Assembly (NCBI RefSeq): GCF_006345805.1
Contig: NC_043007.1
Span: forward strand, 868,001-932,000
DNA length: 64,000 nucleotides
Source of the DNA: Octopus sinensis
Taxonomy: Eukaryota
Reading direction: 5' to 3'
Shown here piece after piece: positions 13,409 to 26,966 of this stretch. Below the pieces are notes generated by a model, which was given only the letters and a program-made list of their open reading frames with translations, was not told where the DNA came from and made no database searches. Each line of letters starts with the position of its first letter. Position 1 is the stretch's first letter. A program made the translations under genes and the position numbers.

Positions 13409-13719
13409 ACTGGTTCTGCCTCTTAAACTTGTGCTGTTTTTCAAGTTACGTTCACTTTGTTTTATTAAAATTTCCTCCCAAAAGCTGCTGCAGCGGTTGT
13501 AATTTTTCGGGGTTAATTTTAGCATTTTAATCTCAAATTTTGATACGTAAGATTTTGGCAGTGTAACTCATTTCTTTCTACTCCCGTAGTAGAGAGAGAC
13601 TCTAGCAAACTTTCTCCCTATCCTATCATCCTATCCTTTTTTTTCTTTTTTTTTCCCCCCCATTTCTGTACCCTTCTTCCTCCTACCCCCCACCCGTCCT
13701 CCTCCCATTTTATTATATA

Positions 13720-14076
13720 TACACTCTCTCTCTCTCTCTCTACTTTTGGCTAGATTCCAAGTTTTCTTGTGGAACGCCATGGTAAAGAATTGTGGTTTGT
13801 CTCTTCTCCCCGCTCCCCCACCTCTCTTTCGCTTCCATTCGCAGTGTGCATTAGCTCATATTTAATGCTACCGCCGCCGCTGCCGCCGTTGCTGCTGCTG
13901 CCGCTGCTACTGCTGCTGCTACAACAACAGCTTTCTTTAGTTTAGTCAGTTTTTCACTTCAGCCTTTCGTGCTTTCTGCTTTCCCGTAACAATTCTTTTG
14001 CCAGTCATGTGCTGTTGCCTGCCTCTCAACTTACCATGTGCGAATAGGGAAAATACTCACATGACAAAAAATACCC
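13720..14076 (+). promoter_or_regulatory. Candidate promoter/5'UTR of alternative first exon
   Basis: (CT)n tract, CpG-containing GCC/GCT triplet run and TCAGT Inr-like motif upstream of ATG and donor at 14102. Confidence 0.4.
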
Positions 14077-14102
14077 ATGCAGCCAGAAAGTTTCAGAAAC
14101 AG
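14077..14102 (+). CDS. Candidate alternative first coding exon (MQPESFRN, phase 2)
   Basis: ATG after in-frame stop; donor CAG|GTATGC; same phase as other candidate first exons. Confidence 0.4.
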
Positions 14103-15126
14103 GTATGCACCCCCACCCCCCACTTACCTTTATTTCAGATCCCTCTCTCTGTCTCTCTCTCCTTCTCTCTCTGTCTCAAACCCCCTTGATGTATGCCTCC
14201 CTGTATGTGTTGTGTACTTTGTTTCTTTACCAAGGTCCAGCTGAATATCCTTTGATGTTGGAATATTTCTCTTTTTTTTTTTCTTATTCTTTTTTATCCC
14301 TTCATCACTTTAAAGAAATTCTTCCAAATTCTGCAAAAAGTTTATGGTATTCTTTTATTCTTACAATTTTGGAGAGATTTAATTTCATTTTCTGTGTTTT
14401 CTCGTAAATAACTTTGGTTCATTCAAATTTAACAATTTGACAAAATCTTTCTGCAAATTCTTTAGTTTTCTTCCAAGTATTCCAAAGAAACTGAGATTCA
14501 CAGAATTTTACCCAAACTTTTTTTTTTTTTTCACTTCAATATTTGTCGTTGCAAAGAAATTGTAAAGTTGCTACACACACACATTCACACAGACAAAGCA
14601 AGCCTAAGATGTATACACAGTAGCTTGTTTGGTACCTTCTTAGTTCCTGAGTTGAAATTCCACGGAAGATGACTTTACCGTTCATCCCCAGAGACTGATA
14701 AAACAAGAACTAATAATACTACACACTGGAGCCAAGTCGAAAGAATATACACCTTTCACAAGAAAACTTGCTTAGCGCCTACGAAAGGAATCACTTGTCA
14801 TGGTAAATTTCCTTGTGGAAATGTTTTAGACTTGGCCTTGCAAACATTCTTCATTTCTAAGAGTCAGCCGTTCCATCCGTCCAAGAAATGTATGTGTTTC
14901 TTAGTATTGATTTTAATTATGTGGAGATGTGCTGTGTATATATATATGTGGTTTGCTTCCTCTCTTGTCAGCTTTTCTTGTATTTTCAAACGTATCTTTT
15001 GGGTTAAAATGATGATAATAATAATAATAATGGTAATAACGATCTCTTTGTTTCACATAAACTCTCATATATGTAAATACACATGTGCACACATACATTT
15101 CCATGTTTATGTATATAGTTGTTTGT

Positions 15127-15160
<34 letters not shown>

Positions 15161-15391
15161 TATAAATTTGGGTATCTACGAGATACCACCATTAGGTACC
15201 CTAATTTATAATTTTAATAATTATTACCTTTGAAGGTTATTTTTTCCATGCTGACCACTTGATAAGTTCGTTATTTTATTTTAAGTTAATGATCTTATCC
15301 TTATTTATATATATTTTATTTATTTATTTATTTTTTTTATCTAGTTTCAGCTCACGAGCTGTGGCCATGCTGGGGCGCTGCCATATATATA

Positions 15392-15431
<40 letters not shown>

Positions 15432-15528
15432 TACACACATACACATATACATATACACGTGTGTATATACATGCATACATATATGTATATACATATAAAC
15501 ATTTATATCCATGTGTATGTATATACAC

Positions 15529-15561
<33 letters not shown>

Positions 15562-17277
15562 CATGCAAAATGAATTCTTGTACACTTATTGAAACAGCTT
15601 AATTCTAGTTTTATCTTTCAAGATTTTTTATTATTCATTTATTTGTATTTCCATGAGTTCCTTGCAGTTTGTTTGGAATTGTAAAATTCCCAAATCCATC
15701 ATTATTTCTAGTTGTTCATAGCCTCATCTTTACTTTACACACATGCATATTATACATAGATATAAGCACCCCCTCTCTCTCTCTCTGTCTCTCTCTCTCT
15801 CTTTCCTCTCTCTCTCTCTCCAAACTCACTGCAAGAACAATCCATCTTCTCATTAAAAGGCGGGCGAGATTGATTGGAACTTTTGTTCGTTGTTTTCCGT
15901 GGAAGTTATTTTTAAAAGAAATGATGATGAGCCAAACTGGATTGGTATCTATTTTGGCTTCCGTTTCCTCTCCCTCATCTACAGACAAACACTAACACTG
16001 CCACATTGAATTGGAGTTAATTCGGAGGCGGTGTGGTGTGTGTGTGTGTATGTATGTGTGTGTGTGTGTGAGAGGACAAGCGTTCTTCAGAGTTTCCAAA
16101 GATTGATTTACTAAAAATATAGGCTACAAATTATTACTTTGATTAATTTGCAGGAATTTGCTTTTTTCTTTTCTCTCTCTCTCTCTCTTTCTTAATTTTC
16201 ACAACAGTATTTAAAATTTTTGTCAGTTTGTTGAAATAATGAACATATTCTTGATATTTTTTACTATTTGCATCATGCTGTTCTTGTTTTAGATGGGGAG
16301 GTAGAATTTATAGCTGTGCGTGTGTATAATCGTTGTGAATATTCTGCTAAGATAAGTTGGTAAAACAGATCTTCGGCCCAGTTCTGCTTCCTTGTTAGCT
16401 ACTGGTTCCACTGCATGCACTGTTAGTTTCAGAAATTCTATGAATGCTGCAGGTTGACTTTTCTTATCTGAATGTATCCGTTTAGAAAATCTGTAAAAGA
16501 TTTCTTTTGGCCTGTGAACAGCAAAGTGTAGGCCCTTTCTCCTATCTGAGTTACCTACGGGCATTCTGGCGCTTGAACCTTGTGGTGGAAGGTCGTCAGG
16601 GTCTTGATTGCCCTGATCAAAACTTAAATTGCTGCTTCTCTCATGATGTGTGTGTGTGTCTGGGGGAAGAGGGGGCACACTTTTTGTTTTTTATTTATAT
16701 ACTTATATATATGTCTTTGTGTAATTTATGTTGATTTACCAATTCTTTAACAACTGGATATATATTTGTATATACCCCACCACCCTTCGGTTTTATATAA
16801 ACCCTGTATGTACATCCCCTTATATACGCCTGCCATTCCATTTTATAATTATATTTATAAATGGGCCCATGTTACAAATTATAGAATTAAATTAGTAGGT
16901 TCTCCTCACCCCCCCCCCACCTCCCACCGCCACTTATGGTATTTAGTTATGATTGAAATCTGTTTTTCTCTTTCTCCTTCTAGTCAATTATTGAGCTCAA
17001 TAAAATCAATTACCCCCCCCACCTTCCTTTCCAAACTTTACGGGCCCCGCATTATTCGTGGCTAATGTTAGCAAAAATAAGTGGTGGTCTGGCAGAAATA
17101 AAGTGTTGATTCCTAAGTGTCTCATTCAGTTCCTCTCTGCTCTGCATTCAAACCAATGTCATCGTTTGACTTTGTCTTTCGTCCTCCTCTAACAAAGCTG
17201 ATGAATAATTGTACTTGGATTGATTCTCTGATCTACTGATAATTTAATAAACAATGTTACAATTAAATAATATTGAT

Positions 17278-17658
17278 ATGAGTGGCTGTGTGGTAAGTAG
17301 CTTGCTAATCAACCACATGGTTCCGGGTTCAGTCCCACTGCGTGGCATCTTGGGCAAGTGTCTTCTGCTATAGCCCCGGGCCAACCAATGCCTTGTGAGT
17401 GGATTTGGTAGACGGAAACTGAAAGAAGCCCATGTTATATATATGTATATATGTGTTTGTGTGTCTGTGTTTGTCCCCCTAGCATTGCTTGACAACCGAT
17501 GCTGGTGTGTTTATGTCCCCGTCACTTAGCGGTTCAGCAAAAGAGACCGATAGAATAAGTACTGGGCTTACAAAAGAATAAGTCCCGGGGTCGATATGCT
17601 CGACTGAAGGCGGTGCTCCAGCATGGCCGCAGTCAAATGACTGAAACAAGTAAAAGAG
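17278..17658 (+). mobile_element. CORE-like OR-type SINE, near full length
   Basis: Homology to 4829-5218. Confidence 0.88.
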
Positions 17659-18761
17659 TATTATTATTACAAGCTTCTTTTGTACTATGGAAGTGTTGTG
17701 TTCCTGAAAATCTTGGTGTCGCATTCTGTAATGTGAAACTTAATTTCTCCCATGTTACATAACACGGAAAGTAGGTTTTGCATTACAGAATTCCACATAA
17801 TGGTAGGATTTTCAGGAATGCAATTTTTGTGTAATGTGGAAATGTGGAACATGTCTTGTTTTATCAGGCTAATAACAGGTACCTGTAAGACACTGATGTC
17901 AATTCAACTGGCTTCATTCCATCTTTATTGAATGAAACAAGAAACAAACCGTGTTACTTCCAAGATGTTAAAAGCCTGATTTCACTGTGAGACTAAGTGC
18001 AGGAGTGGCTGTGTGGTTAAGAAGTTCGCTTAAAAACCAAATGGTTTCGGGTTCAATCCCACTGCTTAGTCCCACTGCTTTGGGGCAAGTGTCTTCTACT
18101 ATTGCCCAAAGCTGACCACTGTCTTGTGAATATGATTGATGGAAACTGTATTAAGCCCGTTACACACACACAATTTGCGTGTGTGTGTGTGTGTGAAAAT
18201 GTAAGGAACTAATCGATGCTTTAAGGCAGAAAGGGTTCCCAGAACCCATTCCTGTATTTTACAGCCAATTCCTGCTTCTGCCATTTTAATTTTAATAGGA
18301 CATTAAATGAAATAAAATTTGTTTTAAATAGGATTTATTCATAAAAGATGCATAATTTCATAACCTATTATTTTGAAAATGGTGACCTCCCCCACAGAAT
18401 TTATTTTCCACCATACCCTGAAGTTCCTTGGAACCTATTTTGAGGATCACTACTTAAGGCTATCCTTTTTCAATACTCATTTTCTAGTTCCATTAGTGTT
18501 AAGTTTATTCCTTAGCTTTTTTAAAAGTTAGCTTAACCCCTTTTGTTATCATATTTCTGTTGAAAAAAAAAAAGGTTTTTGCTTCAATTAATTCTTAAAA
18601 TAATGAAAAATGTAGTAAAATAACTTGTTTAATAAGTCGATGTCTAGAACATAAATTGACCTATATTGTGATGGACGGTTTTAATTTAAGTTTGCATCAT
18701 AGAGCTGAAGGGCATTTTCAGGCTGGTTGACACATCGTCGTTTTAATATCTGTACTCCATG

Positions 18762-19134
18762 TGTAGCCGTATTTTGCCTGCCGTTACGTTCTGGGTTCAA
18801 ATTGCGCCGAGGTGGACTTTGCGTTTCATCCTTTCGGGGTCGATAAATTAAGTACCTGTTACGCCCTGGGGTCGATGTAATTGACTTAATCCGTTTTCTG
18901 TCCTTGTTTGTCCTCTCTGTGTTTAGCCCCTTGTGGGTAGTAAAGAAATAGGTATTTTGTCTGCTGCTACGTTCTGAGTTCAAATTCCGCCGAGGTCGAC
19001 TTTGCCTTTCATCCTTTTGGGGTCAATTAAATAAGTACCAGTTACTCACTAGGGTTGATATAATTAACTTAATCCATTTGTCTGCCCTTGTTTTTCCCCT
19101 CTGTGTGTAGCTCCTTGTGGGCAGTAAAGAAATA
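18762..19134 (+). mobile_element. Tandem pair of Meta-domain SINEs
   Basis: GCCTTTCATCCTTTCGGGGTCGATAAATTAAGTACC-type Meta core twice; B box GAGTTCAAATTC; tail ...CCCCTTGTGGGTAGTAAAGAAATA. Confidence 0.8.
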
Positions 19135-20692
19135 ATATTCATTTGAACCTTCTACTGCAGATGTGACCCCCAGGGACGAGCATGGGGTGGGAACTACAAG
19201 ACCATATTTAAGGTTTGTTTTGTCTACATTCGTCCTGTATAGCAAAGATTACTTGCTAAGCTTTTATTCCGTTATTTGTTTCTTTAACCCTTTTGAGGTC
19301 CACTTGTCTGAGACTGTCCCCGGTTCTGTAATTTCGTCAAGCAGTCTTCTCATCTTAAGTGATCTAAATTAAAATCATTCAATTTTGTTATATTTTAAAC
19401 ACCAGCTTAATGATGACTGCTAATTTTACTAAATTTCTCAATATTTTCAAAATTATGTGATGCCAAGGAGATGATTTTCAGCAGACGTGTGGTGAAGAAA
19501 GGGCTAATATCATCGTGTAATTGGATATTAATCAATATATTGATAATGGCCGTGATGGCAGAGAAGGCAAAGAAGCAAACTGGAGGCTTAAGGGCAGCAG
19601 TTCCTGAACTTGTTTTGGTGTGGAACTCATTATATGATTTTCCCATAAAATGAGGAATCCATACCAGTATTTTAGACACCGTCCCTGCCACCTTATTTTA
19701 TAGTAAGCCGTTAACCATCTTATTAGTTCCTCCTCTGACATTTTTTCCCCTCTCTTCTCTTTAGAATACTTTGAACTTTCTTCTACAGATCTCTTTATAT
19801 AGAACTTTTAATGAAATAGTTGGAGGTTATTTGTGGTAGCTGACGTGGTTTGGCTCTTAGTTTTCAATATTCTAAATATCAATATTGCAAAACCTATAAT
19901 GAGTTAGCGTCAGAAAGCTGGCAATTTTGCAGCACCTTTTAAATCACTGGCAGCGACACTCCAGGGTGCCGTAGCTTTAACTGGGGAGCGGGTGGGGTGG
20001 GGGAGTTTTAACCTTTTAAAAGTAATGGCTGCATGGTTAACAAACAAGTTCACTTTGTAACCATGTGGTACTTTGGGCAAGTGTCTTTTGCTACAGCTTT
20101 GGGTTGACTCATGCTTTGTGAGGAGAATTTGATTGACAGAAACTGTACTGAAGCCTTTTGTATCATCATTTTGACATCCACTTTTTCATGCTTGCATGTG
20201 TTGGACAAAGTTTATGTGAGGCAGATTTTCTGCAGCTAAATGTTTTTTTTTTGTTGTCCCCCCCCCCTGCCCTGCCCCCCACATGTCCTTGCTGGAAATG
20301 ACTGATGCTGCTTCTTTGACTGGGAAAAACCATTTCACAACTATCACATGATGTCAAATCAAAGAGACACAAATAAACACATACACGACGGGCTTCTTGC
20401 AGTTTCTGTCTATCAAATCTAATTGCAAGGCTTTGATCAGCCCAGGGCTACAGTAGAAGACATTTGCCCTAGGGACCATTTGGTTGGGAAGCTAACTCCT
20501 TACCACACAGCCATGCTCGTATGTAGTATATTTGTGGGTGTCAGTTCCTGTGTTTTTGTATTAATACCATTTGGTCTTTTGTGACTTTTGTGTATGCTCG
20601 CATAAGCAGTATGCCCCCCCCCCTACTTGGCAGTTTGACCTGCAAAATACCCAGTGGAATAAATTTCTTTACTTGTCAACAAGAAAGCATTG

Positions 20693-21082
20693 GCATAAGG
20701 CGGCAAGCTGGCCGAAATGCTTAGCGGTATTTTGGCTGCTGCTACGTTCTGAGTTCAAATTCCGCCGAGGTCGACTTTGCCTTTCATCCTTTTGGGGTCG
20801 ATAAATTAAGTACCAGTTACGCACTGGGGTCGATGTAATCGATTTAATCCCTTTGTCTGTCCTTGTTTGTCCCCTCTCTGTGTTTAGCCCCTTGTGGGTA
20901 GTAAAGAAATAAGGTATTTCTGAGTTCAAATTCTGCCGAGGTCGACTTTGCCTTTCATCTATTCGGGGTCGATAAATTAAGTACCAGTTACGCACTGGGG
21001 TCGATGTAATTGACTTAATCTGTTTGTCTGTCCTTCTTTGTCCCATCTATGTTTAGCCTCTCGTGGGCAATAAAGAAATAAG
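20693..21082 (+). mobile_element. Tandem Meta-domain SINEs (full plus 5'-truncated)
   Basis: Same family as 18762-19134. Confidence 0.82.
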
Positions 21083-21453
21083 AAAGCATTGACACCAGGA
21101 AGGTCATCCCAGTTATAAAACACTACTCCCAAAAAGTCTTGTCCAACTCATGCCAGCATGAAAAAATGCAGCCATAAAAACGGTGATGATGATGATGATG
21201 ATGCTGATGTTTAATAAACCAGTTCTTCTACACTGAATTTCTTTTTTCGACAGTTAACTTTTTTTTTATATCGATAAAAAGGGGTCTTTTGATTTCTTCT
21301 TTTAAGCATTATACAATTGATGCTATTACCATCTTCCATCTTCTCGTTTCTGACGTTATATACAAATAAAGAGGAAAGAATGTTTCATCTGTTATGCATG
21401 GAGATCAAATATATTTGCTTTCAGACGTTACATTGTGTTGAGATAGGTTTGAA

Positions 21454-21533
21454 ATGGAGAAAGTAATCTCATGTGCTATCATTCTTTATTTCCACTGCCT
21501 GGGACGATTTCTCTTTGATGGTGTTGCAACAGT
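21454..21533 (+). CDS. Candidate alternative first coding exon (MEKVISCAIILYFHCLGRFLFDGVAT, phase 2)
   Basis: Acceptor TTGCTTTCAG|ACG at 21424/5, ATG at 21454, donor GT|GTATGT; hydrophobic peptide. Confidence 0.35.
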
Positions 21534-23754
21534 GTATGTGTTTGGTTTTGCGTTAATGGTTCCACTCCAAACCTTGGGAATGATATAGATTTGAATTGAG
21601 AGGCAGCGATATTAAGTTATAAATATCTTCTCTCCTCCACTCTACTTGTGGATTATTTTATGAGAAATCTATAAATCAGGACTGCCAAATATAAAAGTAC
21701 TGATCAATTTATTCTTGCCATTTTGTTTTTCTGTTCCAAATCGTAGCAAAAGTATTATCCAAAATGGCTTACTATTATACATAGTTAAAACCGTTTTTTT
21801 TTTTTTTAATTTTCTTTTTATTTTAAAATTTTCTTTGTGAATTTTGTTCTTCAAGCGTTTGGGAATTATAATAAAATGATTAGCTGAAAAAGCCTGGATA
21901 ACGTTTTAAGTTCCTAGCATTAATGATAAAATATTTGAATATTTCCGCAGACCATATTTTGAATTTATTTCTCTTGTGAATTTAATTCTGAACAATTATA
22001 CAACAAGAATGAATGGATGGAACTGAACTAAGGCTGTAGGGTGGAATGTATAATTAGGGTTTATTCATGTTTTTAAATATTCCATATGATCACCCAATAA
22101 TTTAGTAACCTTCATACTTTTTGGATGCCGACTGTCCAATTATGACTTATCTGTTTATAATTTTCAAGCTGTTGGGATGGTTTTGTAGTTAAGAAGTTTG
22201 CCCCTTACCATGTGGCTTTGGGTTCAGTCCCACTACGAAGCGCCATGCACAGGTGTCTTCTGAAGCTTTGGACTGACCAGTGCCTTGTTTTGGAATTTAG
22301 TTGACAGAAAGAGAATGAAGCTCAGCTCTTGAGTGACCATATAGAATTTGTTGAAGTAGAGCGTAAGCCATCGTCGATGGGTTGCAACCAGTGATGCATG
22401 TTAACGTTTCCTGTCAGTGCATCTGGTGTCTCTGCCGTTTCATATTCCTCTGGAATAAATTTGAAAAAAACCCCCTTTACTTAAAAACAGGTAATGGTTG
22501 GCAACAGGGAGAGCATCTGGTTATAAAAACCCTACCTCTAATATCTCCCCCCTGTCTAACCCATGCTACATGAATAAACAGACATTAAGCAAATTTTTCT
22601 CATAGTTAAGGGCATCCCGCTGTAGAAACCATGCCAAAGTAGACAGTAGCACTTGGCACAGACTTCTGACTCACCAGCTCCTGTCAAACTGTCCAACCCA
22701 TGCCAGCATGGAAAAACAGACGTTAATTGATGATGTAATTCATAAGATTCTATGATATGCCAAAATTCTGACTTGAGTCATCTTCTCTCTCACGTCTTCT
22801 GAAGTGTTATGTTTTATTCAATATATTTTGTTGTAATTCTTTTGTTTTGATATTTTTTATTCTTTTTTAAATATTAAACATTAGATTTTTGGATGTTTTC
22901 CGGTTACTAGTTTTACCAATTCTAAGCTATTGTTTCAAATTGTTTTCACTTTTTTGCAAATTAGTTATCTAAATATCTAAGATATTTTATCACCATGATG
23001 GTAACTTTTTTTTACTTTTTTTAAGACTTTTCTATATTTACATCGATGTAGCTTCAATCAGTTTGATCTCTGATTGTTATCTGGATGTGTATACATTGTA
23101 TATCAGACTGAATTCCAACAAGGAACCATTATTTCTAAACTGAAGATAATAATAGCATTCTTATCCACCAGCCTGATGTACTCATGTGCTTGCGTCCATT
23201 ATTGTCTTTACTGTTATTTTTAGCAAATATTTTCAAAGTAGGTTGGGTTTTTTTTTGTTTTATTGTAGCATTTAGTAGTCTGTAGTTTGTATGATTAACA
23301 TTGTTTATCCATGCTTGCATGAGGGTCTTGTTTATCTGTTTGCATGAAGGTCAGGATATTCGAGACAGGGTTTTGTGACTGGATGTTCTTCCTATTGTCC
23401 GCCCGTACCTATTTTTGAAGGAAGGAAATATTTTTGTTTTTAATGCCACATATTTGAAAGTGCAGAATAACCAGTCCTAATAATGTTAATATGGAATGCA
23501 AACACCATTCACCATTTTGGCTGAAACAAAGCCTATAGAATGTCAAACAGTTATGCATTATTTTTGTGCACATGTCTCTATGAACAATAGTCTTGATGCA
23601 GTGCTCATGAGGCATTAGTTGGACCATGACTGTGGGAGGAGACAAACTTGCCCAAGGTGTTGCACAGTGGGATTCGGTTCAGAATTGCATGGTTGCAGCG
23701 TGAACTTATTAAACATGTAGCCATGTTTGCGACTATGGTCATGTATGTATGTAA

Positions 23755-24117
23755 AAATCGAAGCACCAACCGATCGTGGCCGTTGTCAGCCTCCCCTGGC
23801 ACCTGTGCCGGTGGCACGTAAAAAGCACCATCCGTACGTGGTCGATGCCAGCACCACCTTGACTGGCTTCCATGCCGGTGGCACACAAGAAGCACCAACT
23901 GATCGTGGCCGTTGCCAGCCTCCCCTGGCACCTGTGCCGGTGGCACGTAAAAAGCACCTACTACACTCATGGAGTGGTTGGCGTTAGGAACGGCATCCAG
24001 CTGTAGAAAGACTGCCAGATAAGACTGGAGCCTGGTGCAGCCTCCTGGCTTCCCAGACCCTGGTCGAACCATCCAACCCATGCTAGCATGGAAAACGGAC
24101 GTTAAACGATGATGATG
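23755..24117 (+). mobile_element. RTE-LINE 3' tail-derived repeat
   Basis: Tandem ~60-bp units followed by canonical tail and (GAT)n. Confidence 0.85.
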
Positions 24118-24118
24118 C

Positions 24119-24361
24119 TACAAACTGAGAAATGAAACACAAAGACAAATTGAGGCAGTAACACTCTTAGACGCCACCGTTCCTTCGGTCTTCATCTGGC
24201 TGTCTTAAATACGTTAGAGAATCGAGGCCAGCCAAGCATGCGATACAAACCAGTACAAATGATGCAATTTAATTAGCTACTCAACCGAGTAGTGGCTGAC
24301 CTCTTCCTAAAAGTGGAGACACTTCAGTATTAACTGGTGTTCCGCCTACTGTACTTGAACA
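24119..24361. repeat. Left arm of ~240-bp inverted duplication
   Basis: Reverse complement of 26558-26801 with few mismatches. Confidence 0.9.
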
Positions 24362-24596
24362 TGAAAATGTTTATGTCCACATTTTTAGTGCAGACTGATG
24401 AAGATAGCATTACTTTTGTAAGATTGTTCAGTGTTTCTCATTTGATCAAAGGGACCGATTGAGTAAACAAAACTCTGAGTGCACCTATAATGCTTCTCAG
24501 AAATAGGTGCGAGTCATAATTGCATGAATAAAGGAATATGTAAAACCTGTTATGCATTTTCTTTTATACATACCTACATACATGCATCTTGGTCAG

Positions 24597-24890
24597 TCAT
24601 CATCATCGTTTAATGTCTGTTTTCCATGCTGGCATCGGTTGGACGGTTTGACTGAGGTCTGCAGAGCCAGCGGCTGCACCAGGCTCCAATCTGATCTGGC
24701 AAGGTTTCTACAGCTTGATGCCCTTCCTAACGCCAACCACTCTAAGAGTGTAGTAGGTGCTTTTTACATGCCACCGGCACAGGTGTCAGTCAGGCTGGCC
24801 TGGCATTGATCATGTTTGGGGCCATTCAGGGGGCGCTGGCATCAGCCACGTTCGGTTGGTGCTTTTTACGTGCCACTGGCACGAAAGCCA
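24597..24890 (-). mobile_element. RTE-LINE 3' tail-derived repeat
   Basis: Family homology. Confidence 0.85.
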
Positions 24891-25186
24891 GTTAGGGGGT
24901 ACCTTGAATAGTTATGGGGGTCCAGCAGAATAAAATAGTGATCAAAGGGGTCCATGAGAGAAAAACTGATTGAGAATCACTGCTGTAACCGAACTGTATC
25001 TGTAAAAAATAAGGGGGTTGATTTAGAGTAAAGATTATTTGTCAACATGGCAGTCCTGGTTTAGGACGAATATTGCTGTAATTTAGCCCCAGGAGACATC
25101 GTCTCCAGTTGGCTATACAACACGATCTGTGTCCTTATATTTTCGAACAAGGGAATCTAGCACCCCCACTCAGCTCAAAGACAATA

Positions 25187-25231
25187 TCTGTGTATCGCGA
25201 TTTCCGGGTTATTTCCCTTCATCAGCACAGA
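25187..25231 (-). ncRNA. Type I hammerhead ribozyme with palindromic helix III
   Basis: TCTGTG-CTGATGA-A-GGG-AAATAA-CCC-G-GAAA-TCGCGA-TA-CACAGA; 6-bp helix I; ATCGCGAT palindrome; AUA triplet. Confidence 0.78.
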
Positions 25232-25427
25232 ATAATCGTTCAGCTAGAGGTGGAACTGACAAATTCCTGCTCAAAATATATAGTTTCCAAAGTGACAACT
25301 AGTCACTGATCTTGTGAGATTTAAAAATGGTAATTTTCCAATTTATAGATCAGTGACTAGTTATCACTTTGAAAACTATATATTTCAAAAGGGAATTTGG
25401 CAGCGCCACCTCTAGTTGAACAAGTAC

Positions 25428-25473
25428 TCTGGTGCTGATGAAGGGAAATAACCCGGAAATCGCGATACATAGA
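25428..25473 (+). ncRNA. Type I hammerhead ribozyme (sense copy)
   Basis: CTGATGA 25435-25441, GAAA 25456-25459, predicted cleavage after 25467. Confidence 0.72.
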
Positions 25474-25751
25474 TATTGTTTTGAACTTAGTTGGGGTGCT
25501 AGATTCCCGATGTCTCCTGGGGCTAAATTACAGCAACATTCGTCCTAAACCAGGACTGCCATGTTATGTTGGCAAATAATCTTTACTACAAAGTACTGTT
25601 ACTGAATATCTCTCTTTGTGAGACTTACAAATAGTAATTTTCTGGGGGTTGCTTTGTTTGATTTAACTCTTCAAATTGGTGCCCTAGCATGGCTGCTGCA
25701 ATCAAATGACAGGAACATATAAAAGAAAGAAAAAAAGATGCATCTTTATAT

Positions 25752-26175
25752 ACACGGGAGTGGCTGTGTGGTAAGAAGCTTGCTTCCCAATTACATGGTT
25801 CCGGGTTCAGTCCCAGTCTATGACACCTTGGACAAGTGTCTTCTACTATGGCTTTGGGCCGACTAAAGCCCTGTGAGTGGATTTGGTAGGTGGAAACTGA
25901 AAGAAGCCCATCATATGTGTATGTATGTATGTGTGTGTCTGTGTATGTCACCCCCACCATCACTTGACAACCGACATTGATGTTTACATCCCCGTAACTT
26001 AGTGGTTCAACAAAAGAGACCAATAGAATAAGTACTAAGCTTAGTAACTGAGCAGTTCAGCAAAGGAGACCAATAGAATAAATACTAGGCTTACAAAGAA
26101 TAAGTCCTGGGGGTCAATTTCTTCGACTAATGATGGTGCTCCAGCATGGCCACAGTCAAATAACTGAAACAAAAG
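25752..26175 (+). mobile_element. CORE-like OR-type SINE with duplicated tail segment
   Basis: Family homology. Confidence 0.8.
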
Positions 26176-26557
26176 AAATAAATATATACATATATATATA
26201 TATACATATATCAAATGATGCAGCATAATCCTGTAGCATTTAAGCCAATCATATTCGGCCAACTGACCAAATCTGTCTTCTGACACTAACCGTACAATAT
26301 CATTCTAAAAATTAACGGTTATCTCTTCAAAATCTCAAAAGCTGCAAGATAAGACATGATTAATTGAAAACAATATGGAATAAATAAGCGTTACTTTTGA
26401 CAGAATAATGTGGATGCTGAAGGGTTAAAGTATAATGTGTGGTTTTAACACGTCTGGCCTCTCTATACTGCTGACTGGAGACTTCATGTGTCGTATTTAT
26501 TTATTTATTTATTTATTTATTATATATATATATATATACGGTATATTTGCAGAGTTT

Positions 26558-26801
26558 TGTTCATGTACAGTAGGCGGTACACCAGTTAATACTGAAGTGT
26601 CTCCACTTTTAGGAAGAGGTCAGCCACTACTCGGTTGAGTAGCTAATTAAATTGCATCATTTGCACTGGTTTGTATCGCATGCTTGGCAGGCCTCAATTC
26701 TCTAACGTATTTAAGACAGCCAGATGAAGACCGAAGGAACGGTGGAGTCTAAGAGTGTTACTGCCTCAATTTGTCTATGTGTGTCATTTCTCAGATTTGT
26801 A
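26558..26801. repeat. Right arm of inverted duplication
   Basis: Reverse complement of 24119-24361. Confidence 0.9.
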
Positions 26802-26966
26802 ACACAGCACAGATTCTTGGCTAATGATATTCTCTCACTTGTATTCGTCTGGAGAAGCACTTCTCTCTTCACCTTTCTCTGCTCCTCTTATTTTCTTCCA
26901 TTTCTTTTTCAAAATTTCTCAAATGAAATTAGTCATTTGTAATAGCCTGAAATTGACCATTACTAA

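Larger units (their letters stand above)
25027..25587. mobile_element. Fold-back element with hammerhead ribozyme in each arm
   Basis: Arms 25027-25312 and 25347-25587; right arm lacks ~50 nt. Confidence 0.85.

Noticed and set aside
19161-19212. 52-nt AG..GT bounded segment
   Set aside because: Not frame-preserving, no ATG in the phase-2 frame; likely chance
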